A DNA stretch of 64,000 bases, from assembly GCA_034439575.1 (NCBI GenBank), contig JAWXAQ010000027.1:288001-352000 (forward strand). The letters are read 5' to 3'. Positions 20,517 to 30,214 of the stretch are shown piece after piece. Origin of the DNA: Leptospira sp. (GTDB taxonomy: Bacteria > Spirochaetota > Leptospiria > Leptospirales > Leptospiraceae). Made by a program: the position numbers and the translations under genes. How positions within the stretch are numbered: position 1 is the first letter of the stretch; the number at the start of each line of letters is the position of its first letter. The notes beneath the pieces are model-generated. The model was not told where the DNA came from. It searched no databases and saw only the letters and a list, made by a program, of their open reading frames with translations.

Positions 20517-22777
20517 AACTATCAGAAGATTTAGAACAATCATTAGAAACAGCTAAAAAAGAGGCAGAAAAACACCATCATGAGTTTGTTACTCTAGAAC
20601 ATTTGTTATATGGCTTAAGTTTTAATTTAAAGGTTAGGGAAGTTTTATTGAATGTAGGTTGCGATATAGAAATGTTACGCACCGATTTACTTTCCTACTT
20701 TGAAGATGAACTATCAACTATCGCTGTGCCGGGTATCAAAATACAACCTCGTTACACTGTCGGTGTGCAATATGTGATTCAATTTGCTGCTTTCCATGTA
20801 GAGAACAATGGAAAAGCCGAAATCGAAGGAACAAATATCCTTGTCGCAATTTTTCGGGAAGAAGAAAGCCATGCCTGTTATTTGCTCGCCAAACAAAACA
20901 TAACTAGAGTCGATGTCCTTCGTTATATATCGCATGGAACGAAAAAAAAGAATGATACAGAGCCACAATTTCTAAATGAAGACGAGGAAGTGAGTGCAGA
21001 AGAAACGGGTAAGTCAGCATTAGAAAAATTTTGTATCAATCTCACAGAACGTGCACGACTCGGAAAACTCGATCCTTGTATAGGCCGAGAATTAGAAATT
21101 CAGAGAACCATTCATATTTTGAGTCGTAGGCGAAAAAACAATCCTATCTTTGTCGGCGAAGCAGGTGTGGGAAAAACAAGTATCGTCGAAGGGCTTGCCC
21201 AAAGAATCATAGATAAAAAAGTGCCGAAGTCATTACTCAATTTTGAAATTTATTCTTTGGATATGGGACTTGTCATGGCTGGCACAAAGTTTCGCGGGGA
21301 ATTTGAAGAAAGACTGAAAGCCATATTATCTGAAGTTGTGGGTTTTGAAAACAAAGTGGTTTTTATCGATGAGATTCACACCATCGTTGGGGCCGGGGCT
21401 GTCTCTGGTGGAAGTTTGGATGCCTCAAACTTAATGAAACCAGCACTTGCCAATGGTGAATTGAAATGCATTGGAACCACAACTTATAAAGAGTACAAAG
21501 CTATCTTTGAAAAAGACCATGCTTTGGCTAGGCGTTTCCAAAAAATAGAAGTCGGTGAACCCACATTAGATGATGCACTAAAGATTTTAAATGGCTTAAA
21601 AGAACGTTATGAAAATTTTCATGGTGTTAAATATAGCCCAAAAGCTTTGAAGGCCGCCGTTGATTTATCTGACAAATACTTAAAAGATAGACACCTTCCC
21701 GATAAAGCCATTGATTTAATGGACGAAGCGGGCGCCTTTGTCAAGTTACGCGACGAAGAAAAAGAAGAAGGTAAAAAGATTGTCAGTACTTCGGAAATCG
21801 AATCTTTAATTTCGAAAATTGCAAAAATACCAGCAAAAACTGTAAAATCTGATGATAAAAAGAAACTTCTGGGCTTAACCGAACAAATGACATCAGTCGT
21901 TTTTGGACAAAACAATGCCATTGAACAGGTGGTAGATGCCATACATTATTCCCGTTCGGGACTTGGCGAAGAAGGTAGACCCATCGGGAGTTTTCTTTTT
22001 GTGGGCCCGACAGGTGTCGGTAAAACAGAAGTGGCAAAAACTCTCGCAGAAAAAATGGGGATAGATTTCCTAAGATTTGATATGAGTGAGTATATGGAGA
22101 AACATTCGGTTTCTCGTTTGATTGGTTCTCCTCCAGGATATGTCGGTTTTGACCAAGGCGGCCAACTAACTGATGCAATATCCAAAACACCGCATTGTGT
22201 TTTGTTATTGGATGAAATCGAAAAAGCACATGAAGATATTTATAACATTTTATTGCAAGTGATGGATCATGCGACCTTAACCGATAGCACCGGTAAAAAA
22301 GCTGATTTTCGGCAAGTGATTCTCATTATGACGACAAATAGTGGCGCCACTGAACGCTCCAAAGCCATGCTTGGATTTGAACCAAGTGATTATGATGATA
22401 GAAGTATGAAGGCGATTGAACGAACCTTTACACCAGAATTTCGCAATCGTTTGACCGCAGTAATAGAGTTTAATTCCCTTGCCTTGGATATCGTGGAACG
22501 CATCGTCGATCGAATGTTTGGTGAACTGTCACAAAAAGCAAAGGCCAAAGGTGTTCAAATTGAACTATCAAATGAGGCAAGAAGGTATCTTGCTGAAAAT
22601 GGTTACAATAAAGAAATGGGTGCAAGACCGATCCAGAGAATCATCGATACCGAAATTGGAAAACCTTTATCCAAAATATTACTTTTTCAAGACGGTGCTA
22701 AAACAGATTTAATCGTTACTATAATTCCAGATAAAGAGAAAGAGGGAAAATCAAAAATTTCTCTCGTTAAAAAATAG
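20513..22777 (+). CDS. clpA: ATP-dependent Clp protease ATP-binding subunit ClpA
   Basis: Two AAA+ modules ([16 protein letters not shown]), RFDMSEY, LGF ClpP-docking loop. ATGA overlap with clpS. Confidence 0.96.
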   Translation: MKLSEDLEQSLETAKKEAEKHHHEFVTLEHLLYGLSFNLKVREVLLNVGCDIEMLRTDLLSYFEDELSTIAVPGIKIQPRYTVGVQYVIQFAAFHVENNGKAEIEGTNILVAIFREEESHACYLLAKQNITRVDVLRYISHGTKKKNDTEPQFLNEDEEVSAEETGKSALEKFCINLTERARLGKLDPCIGRELEIQRTIHILSRRRKNNPIFVGEAGVGKTSIVEGLAQRIIDKKVPKSLLNFEIYSLDMGLVMAGTKFRGEFEERLKAILSEVVGFENKVVFIDEIHTIVGAGAVSGGSLDASNLMKPALANGELKCIGTTTYKEYKAIFEKDHALARRFQKIEVGEPTLDDALKILNGLKERYENFHGVKYSPKALKAAVDLSDKYLKDRHLPDKAIDLMDEAGAFVKLRDEEKEEGKKIVSTSEIESLISKIAKIPAKTVKSDDKKKLLGLTEQMTSVVFGQNNAIEQVVDAIHYSRSGLGEEGRPIGSFLFVGPTGVGKTEVAKTLAEKMGIDFLRFDMSEYMEKHSVSRLIGSPPGYVGFDQGGQLTDAISKTPHCVLLLDEIEKAHEDIYNILLQVMDHATLTDSTGKKADFRQVILIMTTNSGATERSKAMLGFEPSDYDDRSMKAIERTFTPEFRNRLTAVIEFNSLALDIVERIVDRMFGELSQKAKAKGVQIELSNEARRYLAENGYNKEMGARPIQRIIDTEIGKPLSKILLFQDGAKTDLIVTIIPDKEKEGKSKISLVKK

Positions 22778-22783
22778 AAATAT

Positions 22784-23323
22784 TTACACTTCTTTTTTTT
22801 CAATTTGAAATTTGGTATCTTCTTCCTGGAAAGTAAGATAACCCAGTATGATGTTTGTTAGGCTAATGAGTGCAAATAAATAAAATACTGGGCGGTATGA
22901 GATTTCTTTCACATCAATAAAATCAAAAAAATATCGATTTGGCTCTAAATAACCCCATAACAAAAGAATAAGAAGCAACAATTGGCTGGAAAAAAACCAA
23001 ATACGATTCCAATTATTTTGCCAAAATCCGAGAAAAAAGAAATTTAATAATGAGATCGAAATAAAGAAAAAATTCCATTTAGGAGATATGGTTACGCTTT
23101 CTGGTGTATCATAAAATTTTACATCATACTCAAACCAAGAAAATCCACTGAGTAAAAATTGTAAAAAGAGAAGGATAAAAAATGCTTTATCGAAACCAAA
23201 TTTTTTCTGCCAAAAGGCATAGATAAATATGGATCCTGACTTCATCAAATGAACCCAACCGAGTAAAACGATTGATATAGTTTGTAAAGTAAAGGTCAAA
23301 TAATTATAAATATCTACAAGCAT
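22784..23323 (-). CDS. Hypothetical membrane protein
   Basis: Several hydrophobic segments; start overlaps the stop of the RidA gene. Confidence 0.7.
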   Translation of the reverse strand: MLVDIYNYLTFTLQTISIVLLGWVHLMKSGSIFIYAFWQKKFGFDKAFFILLFLQFLLSGFSWFEYDVKFYDTPESVTISPKWNFFFISISLLNFFFLGFWQNNWNRIWFFSSQLLLLILLLWGYLEPNRYFFDFIDVKEISYRPVFYLFALISLTNIILGYLTFQEEDTKFQIEKKEV

Positions 23324-23784
23324 TAGTCTTTAACTTCAACAACTAATTCGAGTTCAACGATAGCATCTAAAGGAAGGGATGATACTCCTATAGCAAATCT
23401 CGCATGTTTTCCCTTTTCCCCAAAAATCTGAATTAACAATTCAGATGCACCATTTGCCACTAAATGTTGTTCGGTGAAGGATGGATGTGATGCTACATAG
23501 ACTCCCATCTTTACAATTTTCTGAATTTTATCCAAACTATCTGTGTGAAGTAATATGGCGGCAAGGGCATTCAAACAAGCAAGTCTCGCCTGGCTTTGTG
23601 CCAAGTCCAAAGTGGCAGATTCACCCACTTTGCCTTTAATTTCCAGTTTTCCTTCTTTTAAGGGCAATTGGCCGGAAGTATAAATCAAATTTCCACTCCG
23701 AGAAGCGGGTAGATAGAGAGCGACCGCTTGGGGTGTTGGGGGTAGAACGATGCCAAGGGAACGTAAATTTTCTGCCGAATTCAT
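23323..23784 (-). CDS. RidA/YjgF family protein
   Basis: IYTSGQLP, VANGASELL..IFGE.G.HAR.A.GV.SLP....VE motifs. Start moved to 23784 because the longer ORF overlaps hsp20. Confidence 0.9.
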   Translation of the reverse strand: MNSAENLRSLGIVLPPTPQAVALYLPASRSGNLIYTSGQLPLKEGKLEIKGKVGESATLDLAQSQARLACLNALAAILLHTDSLDKIQKIVKMGVYVASHPSFTEQHLVANGASELLIQIFGEKGKHARFAIGVSSLPLDAIVELELVVEVKD

Positions 23785-23861
23785 TAAATTCATCATTTTT
23801 TTTAGTGAATGATTCGGAAATTCTATTTTTTTTATCGATTCATCTATTTTTTTCTTGCAAA

Positions 23862-23888
23862 TTAGCAGTCCAACATGCAGAGTGCTGA
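23862..23888 (+). promoter_or_regulatory. CIRCE element 1 (HrcA operator)
   Basis: TTAGCAGTC-N9-GAGTGCTGA versus consensus TTAGCACTC-N9-GAGTGCTAA (2 mismatches), immediately after TTGCAA. Confidence 0.85.
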
Positions 23889-23893
23889 TTGAA

Positions 23894-23920
23894 TTGGCAC
23901 TACTGAGAGATGAGTGCTTA
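23894..23920 (+). promoter_or_regulatory. CIRCE element 2 (HrcA operator)
   Basis: TTGGCACTA-N9-GAGTGCTTA (3 mismatches), abutting the AGGAG SD. Confidence 0.8.
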
Positions 23921-23932
23921 AGGAGAACAGAG

Positions 23933-24376
23933 ATGTTATTTCGAATTCTAGACAACCCAAGTAGACAAAATCCTTTCTGGAGAGACTTTGATCGTTTCAA
24001 TGATGAGATCACTAAATCGATTTTAGATTCTCAATTTGGGAACGTAAGAAGTTTTCCACCAATCAATGTTTTCACAAGAGAAGATGAAGCTCTTGTTTCT
24101 GCTCTCGTTCCAGGCATGGATATAGAGAATATTGATATTTCCGTTAAAGATAATATTCTCACAATTCATGGGAAAAAGAACGCAGAAGAATTAGCTGAAG
24201 GAACTGAGATTCACAGACGCGAAATTTATTCTGGAAATTTTACTCGTTCCGTTGAACTCCCGTTTCGTGTGAACCAGGAAAAAGTCACAGCAAAATACAC
24301 CAATGGTGTTTTAAATATCCTGCTTCCAAGAAGAGAAGAGGATAAACCTAAAAAAATTAATATTAACTTTGGTTAA
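23933..24376 (+). CDS. Small heat-shock protein, Hsp20/alpha-crystallin family
   Basis: PPINV, VPGM, G.F.R...LP..V and A.Y.NGVL.I.LP motifs, C-terminal I-x-I. AGGAG SD before ATG at 23933. Confidence 0.95.
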   Translation: MLFRILDNPSRQNPFWRDFDRFNDEITKSILDSQFGNVRSFPPINVFTREDEALVSALVPGMDIENIDISVKDNILTIHGKKNAEELAEGTEIHRREIYSGNFTRSVELPFRVNQEKVTAKYTNGVLNILLPRREEDKPKKININFG

Positions 24377-24388
24377 GAGGAGAAGACT

Positions 24389-24784
24389 ATGAATACACTT
24401 GCTACAAAACAAAATGAAACAGTTGAAGGATCCGTTCCGACACAAACAAAAAAGGAAGAAAGGATCTATTCACCAAATGTAAATATATTTGAATCAAAAG
24501 ATAACGTGACGCTTTTTGTAGAGTTACCAGGCCTTGATCAATCCTCGGTAGAGGTCAGCATAGAAAAAGATACACTTTCTATCGAAGGAAGTTATCACTT
24601 TGATGAGTCAAATTATGGTAAGGCCGCATTGCAAGAATTTAGAGGGGGAAAATACTCTCGAAAATTCACATTGGGTAAGTTAGTGGATGTTGAGAATGCT
24701 CAGGCCAAAATGAAAAATGGAATCCTTGAGTTGACTTTGCAAAAACTAGAGCCCAAAAAAACTAAGATTGAAATTCAGTCTTAA
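24389..24784 (+). CDS. Small heat-shock protein, Hsp20 family (second copy)
   Basis: P.VNIFE, ELPGL, Y.RKF.LG and A.MKNGILEL.L motifs, C-terminal IEI. GAGGAG SD. Confidence 0.95.
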   Translation: MNTLATKQNETVEGSVPTQTKKEERIYSPNVNIFESKDNVTLFVELPGLDQSSVEVSIEKDTLSIEGSYHFDESNYGKAALQEFRGGKYSRKFTLGKLVDVENAQAKMKNGILELTLQKLEPKKTKIEIQS

Positions 24785-24822
24785 GTTTAAATCAAAAGAC
24801 AATCGTACATTCGATGTACTTG

Positions 24823-24850
24823 CCCGAGTCAAATTGCTCGGGTTTTTTTT
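24823..24850 (+). terminator. Rho-independent terminator of the hsp20 operon
   Basis: CCCGAG-N8-CTCGGG followed by a T run. A small hairpin GTACAT-TCG-ATGTAC (24805-24819) precedes it. Confidence 0.8.
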
Positions 24851-25931
24851 ATTTTAATAGGTTTTTAAGTTCCTGTATTAATTGATCATTCTCCGATTTA
24901 CTTCCAACTGAAATTCTTACATAATCTTTGGGAATTCCTTTGGAAAAATAGCGAACTAAAATATTTTTTTCCTTCAAAGATTCATAAATCCATTCGGGTT
25001 TGAATTTTGAATGGGGTTTGCAAAATAAAAAATTGGTATGGCTATCTGTAATTTGAAAACCCAATGCCTCTAAGGCTGTTTTGACTCTGGATCTTTCACT
25101 GATTAAGAGAGAAATATTTTTTTGGAAGTATTCTTCATCTTCAAAAGCTGCGAGGGCAATTTCTTGTTCCAACATACCTAAGTTATACGAGTCTTTTAAT
25201 TTTGATATCTGTTCGATCAGATTTTTTTCCCCAATTAAAAAACCAACTCGCAGTCCCGCTAGGGAATATGATTTAGAAAAAGTTCTTGAGATTACGAGGT
25301 TCGGACAATTGCCAATTTCGTTGATAAGGCTTGTACCTTCAGGTGCGAAATCGATATATGCCTCATCGGATAAAACGATCCCATCAAAATTTTTGATCAA
25401 TTGAACTAAATTTTCTTTTTTTTCAAGTAGTCCTGTTGGTGCATTTGGGTGAGCGAATGCGATGAGCTTTCCTTTTTCTTTGCCTAAGGCATCATGATCA
25501 AAATATAAATCTTCTTTTACGGGTATATTTTTAAATTCTACGCCACACATCAACTGTTCTACGAGAACCGGATAAAGAGAATAAGTGGGATCTGGCGCGA
25601 TTATTTTATCTCCAGGACCAAGCACTGCTTGGAATAGGAGGCGAAGTGCTTCATCACTTCCATTGGTGACAAGGATTTGATCGGGATTTAAATTGTATTT
25701 TTTGGCAATCGCCGATCTTAGTTTCAGCGAATTATAATGTGGGTATTTTCTAAGTAATCCTTTGCTAAGTATCTCATCAATTTTTTTTAAAATTTTGGGA
25801 GAAGGTGGGTATGGATTTTCATTTGTATTGATCTTTACGACCGCCTCGCCTAAGTTAGGTTGTTCTCCTGGAGTGTAGGGAACAAGGGGCATAAGTTCTT
25901 TTCGTAAATATTTTAAATTGGAATCTGCCAT
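24849..25931 (-). CDS. hisC: Histidinol-phosphate aminotransferase
   Basis: NTNENPY, NGSDE, PNAPTG, DEAYIDF and RTFSKSYSLAGLRVG motifs. Confidence 0.95.
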   Translation of the reverse strand: MADSNLKYLRKELMPLVPYTPGEQPNLGEAVVKINTNENPYPPSPKILKKIDEILSKGLLRKYPHYNSLKLRSAIAKKYNLNPDQILVTNGSDEALRLLFQAVLGPGDKIIAPDPTYSLYPVLVEQLMCGVEFKNIPVKEDLYFDHDALGKEKGKLIAFAHPNAPTGLLEKKENLVQLIKNFDGIVLSDEAYIDFAPEGTSLINEIGNCPNLVISRTFSKSYSLAGLRVGFLIGEKNLIEQISKLKDSYNLGMLEQEIALAAFEDEEYFQKNISLLISERSRVKTALEALGFQITDSHTNFLFCKPHSKFKPEWIYESLKEKNILVRYFSKGIPKDYVRISVGSKSENDQLIQELKNLLK

Positions 25932-25932
25932 T

Positions 25933-27435
25933 TTATAAACGATTTAAGGCATCAATATAGGCTTTAGCACAAGCTTCAATGATATCTGTTGAATCACCCT
26001 TTCCCACAACCCTTTTGTTTTCATATTCTACGGTTACGGAAGCTTCCGCCATAGCATCCATACCTTCCGTGACAGGAGAGATAACGAGTCTAGATAACAA
26101 AGGATAAATGCCAGTAATTTTATCTATCGCTTTAAAAATGCTATCTACTGGACCATCACCATTTGATTCGGAATTTTTAGTTTCTTTTTCGACAACTAAG
26201 GTCACTTTGGCGGAAGGTATTTTGTTTGAACCCGTGCCTTGTTCAAAACTTACTAAAGTATATTTTCCATCAACCTGTGTTCTTCTCGTTTCTGATTGGA
26301 AAAGAGCTGAAATATCCTCATCAAAAACTTCTTTTTTCTTATCCGCAATTTCTAGAAATCTTGTATAAGCATTGTCTAGTTCTTCTGGTTTTGGATCAAA
26401 ACCGAGGCGAATGATTCTATCTTTAAATCCTGCGCGACCTGAATGACGACCCAAAACCATACGATTTGATTTCAGACCAACAGATTCAGGAGTCATAATT
26501 TCATATGTTTGTCTATTTTTAATCACACCATCTTGGTGGATTCCTGATTCGTGGGCAAAGGCATTAGCTCCCACTATGGCTTTGTTAGGTTGTACGACCA
26601 TGCCTGTGATCGTTTTTACTAAATAGGAGGCACGAGTGATCAAAGTAGTTTCGATTTTAGTTTCTACTCCAAATCTATCTTTACGAGTTTTAAGAGCCAT
26701 TACCACTTCTTCCATGGCTGTATTGCCTGCTCTTTCGCCAATTCCGTTCACCGTGCACTCAATTTGGCGTCCTCCCGCAAGAACAGTTGCCAAAGAATTG
26801 GCAACGGCAAGACCCAAGTCATTATGGCAATGTGCGGAAAAAACAACCTTGTCTGAACCTTTCACTTTTGTTTTTAAAAATTGAAATAGTTCAAAGTATT
26901 CTTGGGGTGTCGTATAACCAACTGTATCTGGGATATTGATTGTGGTCGCACCTTCTTCTATCACAGCTTCCACAAGTTCACGTAAAAACTCCCATTCGGA
27001 TCTTGTTGCATCTTCCGGCGAAAATTCAACATCTTCCACAAAACCTCGTGCCATACGGACAGCCTCTCTAGCCATTGTTAGCACTTCACTCGGAGTTTTT
27101 CCCAGTTTGTGTTTCATATGAATGGGAGAGGATGCGATAAAAGTATGAATTCGTTTTTTCTTTGCCTCTTTCAAAGCATCTCGTGCGGATTCTAAATCGG
27201 GCCGAAGGGAACGGGCAAGAGCACAAATGATGGGACCTTCCACTTCTCTTGCAATTCTAGAAACGGCTTCGAACTGTACAGGGGAAGAAACAGGAAATCC
27301 TGCTTCAATGATGTCTACATTCATTTTGGCGAGATGAAGGGCGATTTCGACTTTTTCATCTTCACTCATGGCGGCACCAGGGCACTGCTCGCCGTCTCTT
27401 AATGTGGTATCAAATATGCGTACGTAATCTTCCAT
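25933..27435 (-). CDS. leuA: 2-isopropylmalate synthase
   Basis: DTTLRDGEQ, HCHNDLG, GIGERAGN and HESGIHQDG motifs, plus C-terminal regulatory domain (GDGPVD). Confidence 0.95.
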   Translation of the reverse strand: MEDYVRIFDTTLRDGEQCPGAAMSEDEKVEIALHLAKMNVDIIEAGFPVSSPVQFEAVSRIAREVEGPIICALARSLRPDLESARDALKEAKKKRIHTFIASSPIHMKHKLGKTPSEVLTMAREAVRMARGFVEDVEFSPEDATRSEWEFLRELVEAVIEEGATTINIPDTVGYTTPQEYFELFQFLKTKVKGSDKVVFSAHCHNDLGLAVANSLATVLAGGRQIECTVNGIGERAGNTAMEEVVMALKTRKDRFGVETKIETTLITRASYLVKTITGMVVQPNKAIVGANAFAHESGIHQDGVIKNRQTYEIMTPESVGLKSNRMVLGRHSGRAGFKDRIIRLGFDPKPEELDNAYTRFLEIADKKKEVFDEDISALFQSETRRTQVDGKYTLVSFEQGTGSNKIPSAKVTLVVEKETKNSESNGDGPVDSIFKAIDKITGIYPLLSRLVISPVTEGMDAMAEASVTVEYENKRVVGKGDSTDIIEACAKAYIDALNRL

Positions 27436-27453
27436 CTACCTCCAGATCAATTT

Positions 27454-28854
27454 TTAGAAGTCCTTTGTCAAGGAGTTCGGTATCCATATTATTTCGTTTG
27501 GTAAAGGTAACATAGTCGTTGGATGGAGATCCTCATTTTTTCTAGTAATCCAAGGATAAAAATAACCAGAATTGTCTAAAGGGCGGGGTCTCAAATGATC
27601 CTTGCTATAGAAACGAATTTTGTTAGCGGATTCATAATTGGTCCAGATGATTTTATCCTTTGTTGTGTGCTCTAAGTGTCTCAAGATTTGGATCTGTCTT
27701 TGTTGTTTTTCTCGGTAATTGGAAATGGAATCGGGAGCGATGAAAAGTATAGTAATCCCTTGCAGAACTAACAAGGCAATTAAATAGGAAGAACTAACTG
27801 GATTGAATTTTGTGATCTTTAAAAATAAGAAGACACCATAAAAAAGTAAAAACACTACACTGGGAATCATATAACGAAAAGGAAACGGATGCGGATAGAT
27901 GTACCGACCAATGATTCCCAAAAAACCTAAACTTAAAATGAACAAACCTGCGAGAAGGTATCTATCTTGTTTGGTTAATTTATTTTTAAAGCAAAGGACG
28001 AATATTAGGCTAGAAAAAAAGAATAAAAGAAATGAAAACGAGACTTCAAAAATAAAAATCTTTAAAAAATCATAATAATAAACCAAAAAGAAATATAGGT
28101 TTTCGAAAATCGTACGGTCCGCCAAGCGAAGGGGAAGTAAGTGGAAATGCGAAGGTAAATTTATCGTGCCTGACAACCCTTGGTACAAAATTTCTCCGAA
28201 TATAAGTATCAATATTAGAAAAAATGAATGTTTGATTCTGGAATGATTTCGTTTTCCCCATTGCGATAAAAGAACAGCCAAAATCCCGATGATAAAAAAA
28301 CGATCAGAAACATAAGCCATAACAAAAACCACGAAGATTAAAACTTTGAATAAGAAATTAAGATTTTTTTTATTTAAGAATAGAAATAAAAAAATACTTA
28401 AGTAGATAACGGATGTATGGTGTCCATTTAGCAATAGGTAAACGATAGGTTCAATTTTTTTAGAAAATAAATTTGCTATCAGTAGTGATAAAGTTTGTCC
28501 TGTGATAAAAATAAGTAAAATTTTATACGCATTGCACTTACCTTTGCTATGATAAAAATGATAAAAAACAAAGAGAATGATGGAAATATTGACAAGGCCG
28601 AAGCATAAGAGTATCCATTCATCACCTAAAAAGAGAGATAAAATATAAATGATGCAGGCATCAGGAAAAAAATAAGGAGAAGGCGGGTAATACCAGCTAT
28701 GGATTGAGACTCCATTTTTAAGATCTTTTATCAGGAGAGGAAGGTATAGATTGTCTGCATGGTGAAGGTTTTGGTAGGCGTCCCCCAACATAAAAAATAT
28801 AAGTAAAAGGAAAAAAGCTAAAAATGGTAGGAGGCGAAGGAAGGGATTTCCCAT
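27454..28854 (-). CDS. Polytopic membrane protein, possibly GT-C-type glycosyltransferase-like
   Basis: About 11 hydrophobic segments, an early loop HADNLY...WYYPPSPYFFPD, an RY motif and a soluble C-terminal tail. Confidence 0.6.
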   Translation of the reverse strand: MGNPFLRLLPFLAFFLLLIFFMLGDAYQNLHHADNLYLPLLIKDLKNGVSIHSWYYPPSPYFFPDACIIYILSLFLGDEWILLCFGLVNISIILFVFYHFYHSKGKCNAYKILLIFITGQTLSLLIANLFSKKIEPIVYLLLNGHHTSVIYLSIFLFLFLNKKNLNFLFKVLIFVVFVMAYVSDRFFIIGILAVLLSQWGKRNHSRIKHSFFLILILIFGEILYQGLSGTINLPSHFHLLPLRLADRTIFENLYFFLVYYYDFLKIFIFEVSFSFLLFFFSSLIFVLCFKNKLTKQDRYLLAGLFILSLGFLGIIGRYIYPHPFPFRYMIPSVVFLLFYGVFLFLKITKFNPVSSSYLIALLVLQGITILFIAPDSISNYREKQQRQIQILRHLEHTTKDKIIWTNYESANKIRFYSKDHLRPRPLDNSGYFYPWITRKNEDLHPTTMLPLPNEIIWIPNSLTKDF

Positions 28855-28922
28855 TTATGACCTAAGAAACTTTTCTTTAAAAAGTATCTAGTCTTTAAAT
28901 AGAAAGTAAAAAAGATGAGACT

Positions 28923-29288
28923 ATGAAGGATTTCCAATTTTATGCTGTGAATTTTTTCGGAGGTGAGGACACACAAATTCCTGCAAAATTATACCATGAA
29001 GTTTTTTCTTGGGAAATACAAGGATTGTCCATCGGACACTCTGAACTCATGATCAATGAATCTTTACGTTTGATTTTTTCAAAACGATCTGAAAAATGTC
29101 CGGTAACACCAGGAACATTAACTCTTGTTACGGATCGTTTTTGGTTAGATGAAATTGAGCAATTTGTGCTAGAACAAAGTATTGATAAAAATCAAAAATA
29201 TAAATCCTATATAGATCCATGGAAAAATCGAATTTGGCTGTATTCAAAACCCTCACTTTCCAATCTGTCCATAATCGATATAGATTGA
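28923..29288 (+). CDS. Hypothetical protein, VOC/glyoxalase-like
   Basis: LY.EVFSW and YIDPW.NRIWL resemble VOC-fold motifs. Confidence 0.55.
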   Translation: MKDFQFYAVNFFGGEDTQIPAKLYHEVFSWEIQGLSIGHSELMINESLRLIFSKRSEKCPVTPGTLTLVTDRFWLDEIEQFVLEQSIDKNQKYKSYIDPWKNRIWLYSKPSLSNLSIIDID

Positions 29289-29302
29289 GACAGGGTAGTT
29301 AA

Positions 29303-30214
29303 TTGACCACATTGACAAAACCATTTAATGTTTTTTTAAGTATTTTCCTTTTATTCATTAGTTTCTTTTCGCTTTTTTCGGAAGAGGCAAATCCAGGATC
29401 AACTATTCTTGATAACAAAGGTAAGTGGACGTTTCAATGGGGATACAATAGAAGTTCATACACCCAAAGCGATATAAATTTTCGTGGACCAGGATACAAT
29501 TATACTTTAAAAGCAGTCGATGCCAAAGACAAACCGGAATCTTTCAAAGCAGAAGTTTACCTAAATCCAGCAAAATTTGAAATACCGCAATACAACTTTA
29601 AGGCGGCATATTTTTTTACAGATCATTTTTTTCTATCCTTTGGGCAAGATCATATGAAGTATGTGGTCACTCCCGGACAAAGTGTCAAATATTCAGGTTA
29701 CATTGATCCACTCGTGATTTCAAAAAACCAATTGGACCCATCTGTAGAATCCTTAGTTTTTATTTATTTATTTCCTGATCATGTGGCAAGTATGGCTGGC
29801 TATCACGGTGGTGAACAAACGATATCTCTGACTCCTGATATTTTAAAATATGAACATACTGATGGTTTAAATTTTCTTTTTGTTGATGTCGGTATGAAAA
29901 ATCCGATTTGGACTGCAGCTGATGGACAAAGTGGGATTAGTTTTTTATCTTCGGTAGGTGCGGGTGCCGTTGTTTGCCGCAGTGATGTTCGCGTGATGGG
30001 CAAAGGCCAAAACAATAACTTTCATTTATCTGGATACGGCGTATCTGGTTATGTTGCCACCAGATACGAATTTACACGGACTTACTTTTTGGAGTTAGGA
30101 GCCAAAGGAGGATACATTGACTTACCAGATATTTTAACAAGTGGAGGTTCAAATCGTGCATCACAAAACTTTGGATTTTTGGAACTAATATTTTCTGGTG
30201 GTATTGCGATTTAG
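29303..30214 (+). CDS. Secreted, probably outer-membrane beta-barrel protein of unknown function
   Basis: Signal peptide, amphipathic strands, WGYNR..Y..SDI.F.G, IPQYN, DHMKYV and EHTDGLN motifs. Confidence 0.65.
   Translation: MTTLTKPFNVFLSIFLLFISFFSLFSEEANPGSTILDNKGKWTFQWGYNRSSYTQSDINFRGPGYNYTLKAVDAKDKPESFKAEVYLNPAKFEIPQYNFKAAYFFTDHFFLSFGQDHMKYVVTPGQSVKYSGYIDPLVISKNQLDPSVESLVFIYLFPDHVASMAGYHGGEQTISLTPDILKYEHTDGLNFLFVDVGMKNPIWTAADGQSGISFLSSVGAGAVVCRSDVRVMGKGQNNNFHLSGYGVSGYVATRYEFTRTYFLELGAKGGYIDLPDILTSGGSNRASQNFGFLELIFSGGIAI

Noticed and set aside
23785-24012. Long RidA (to 24012) and long Hsp20 (from 23855) ORF starts
   Set aside because: They overlap each other and the CIRCE elements. 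The SD supports 23933 for hsp20 and family length supports about 23784 for RidA.
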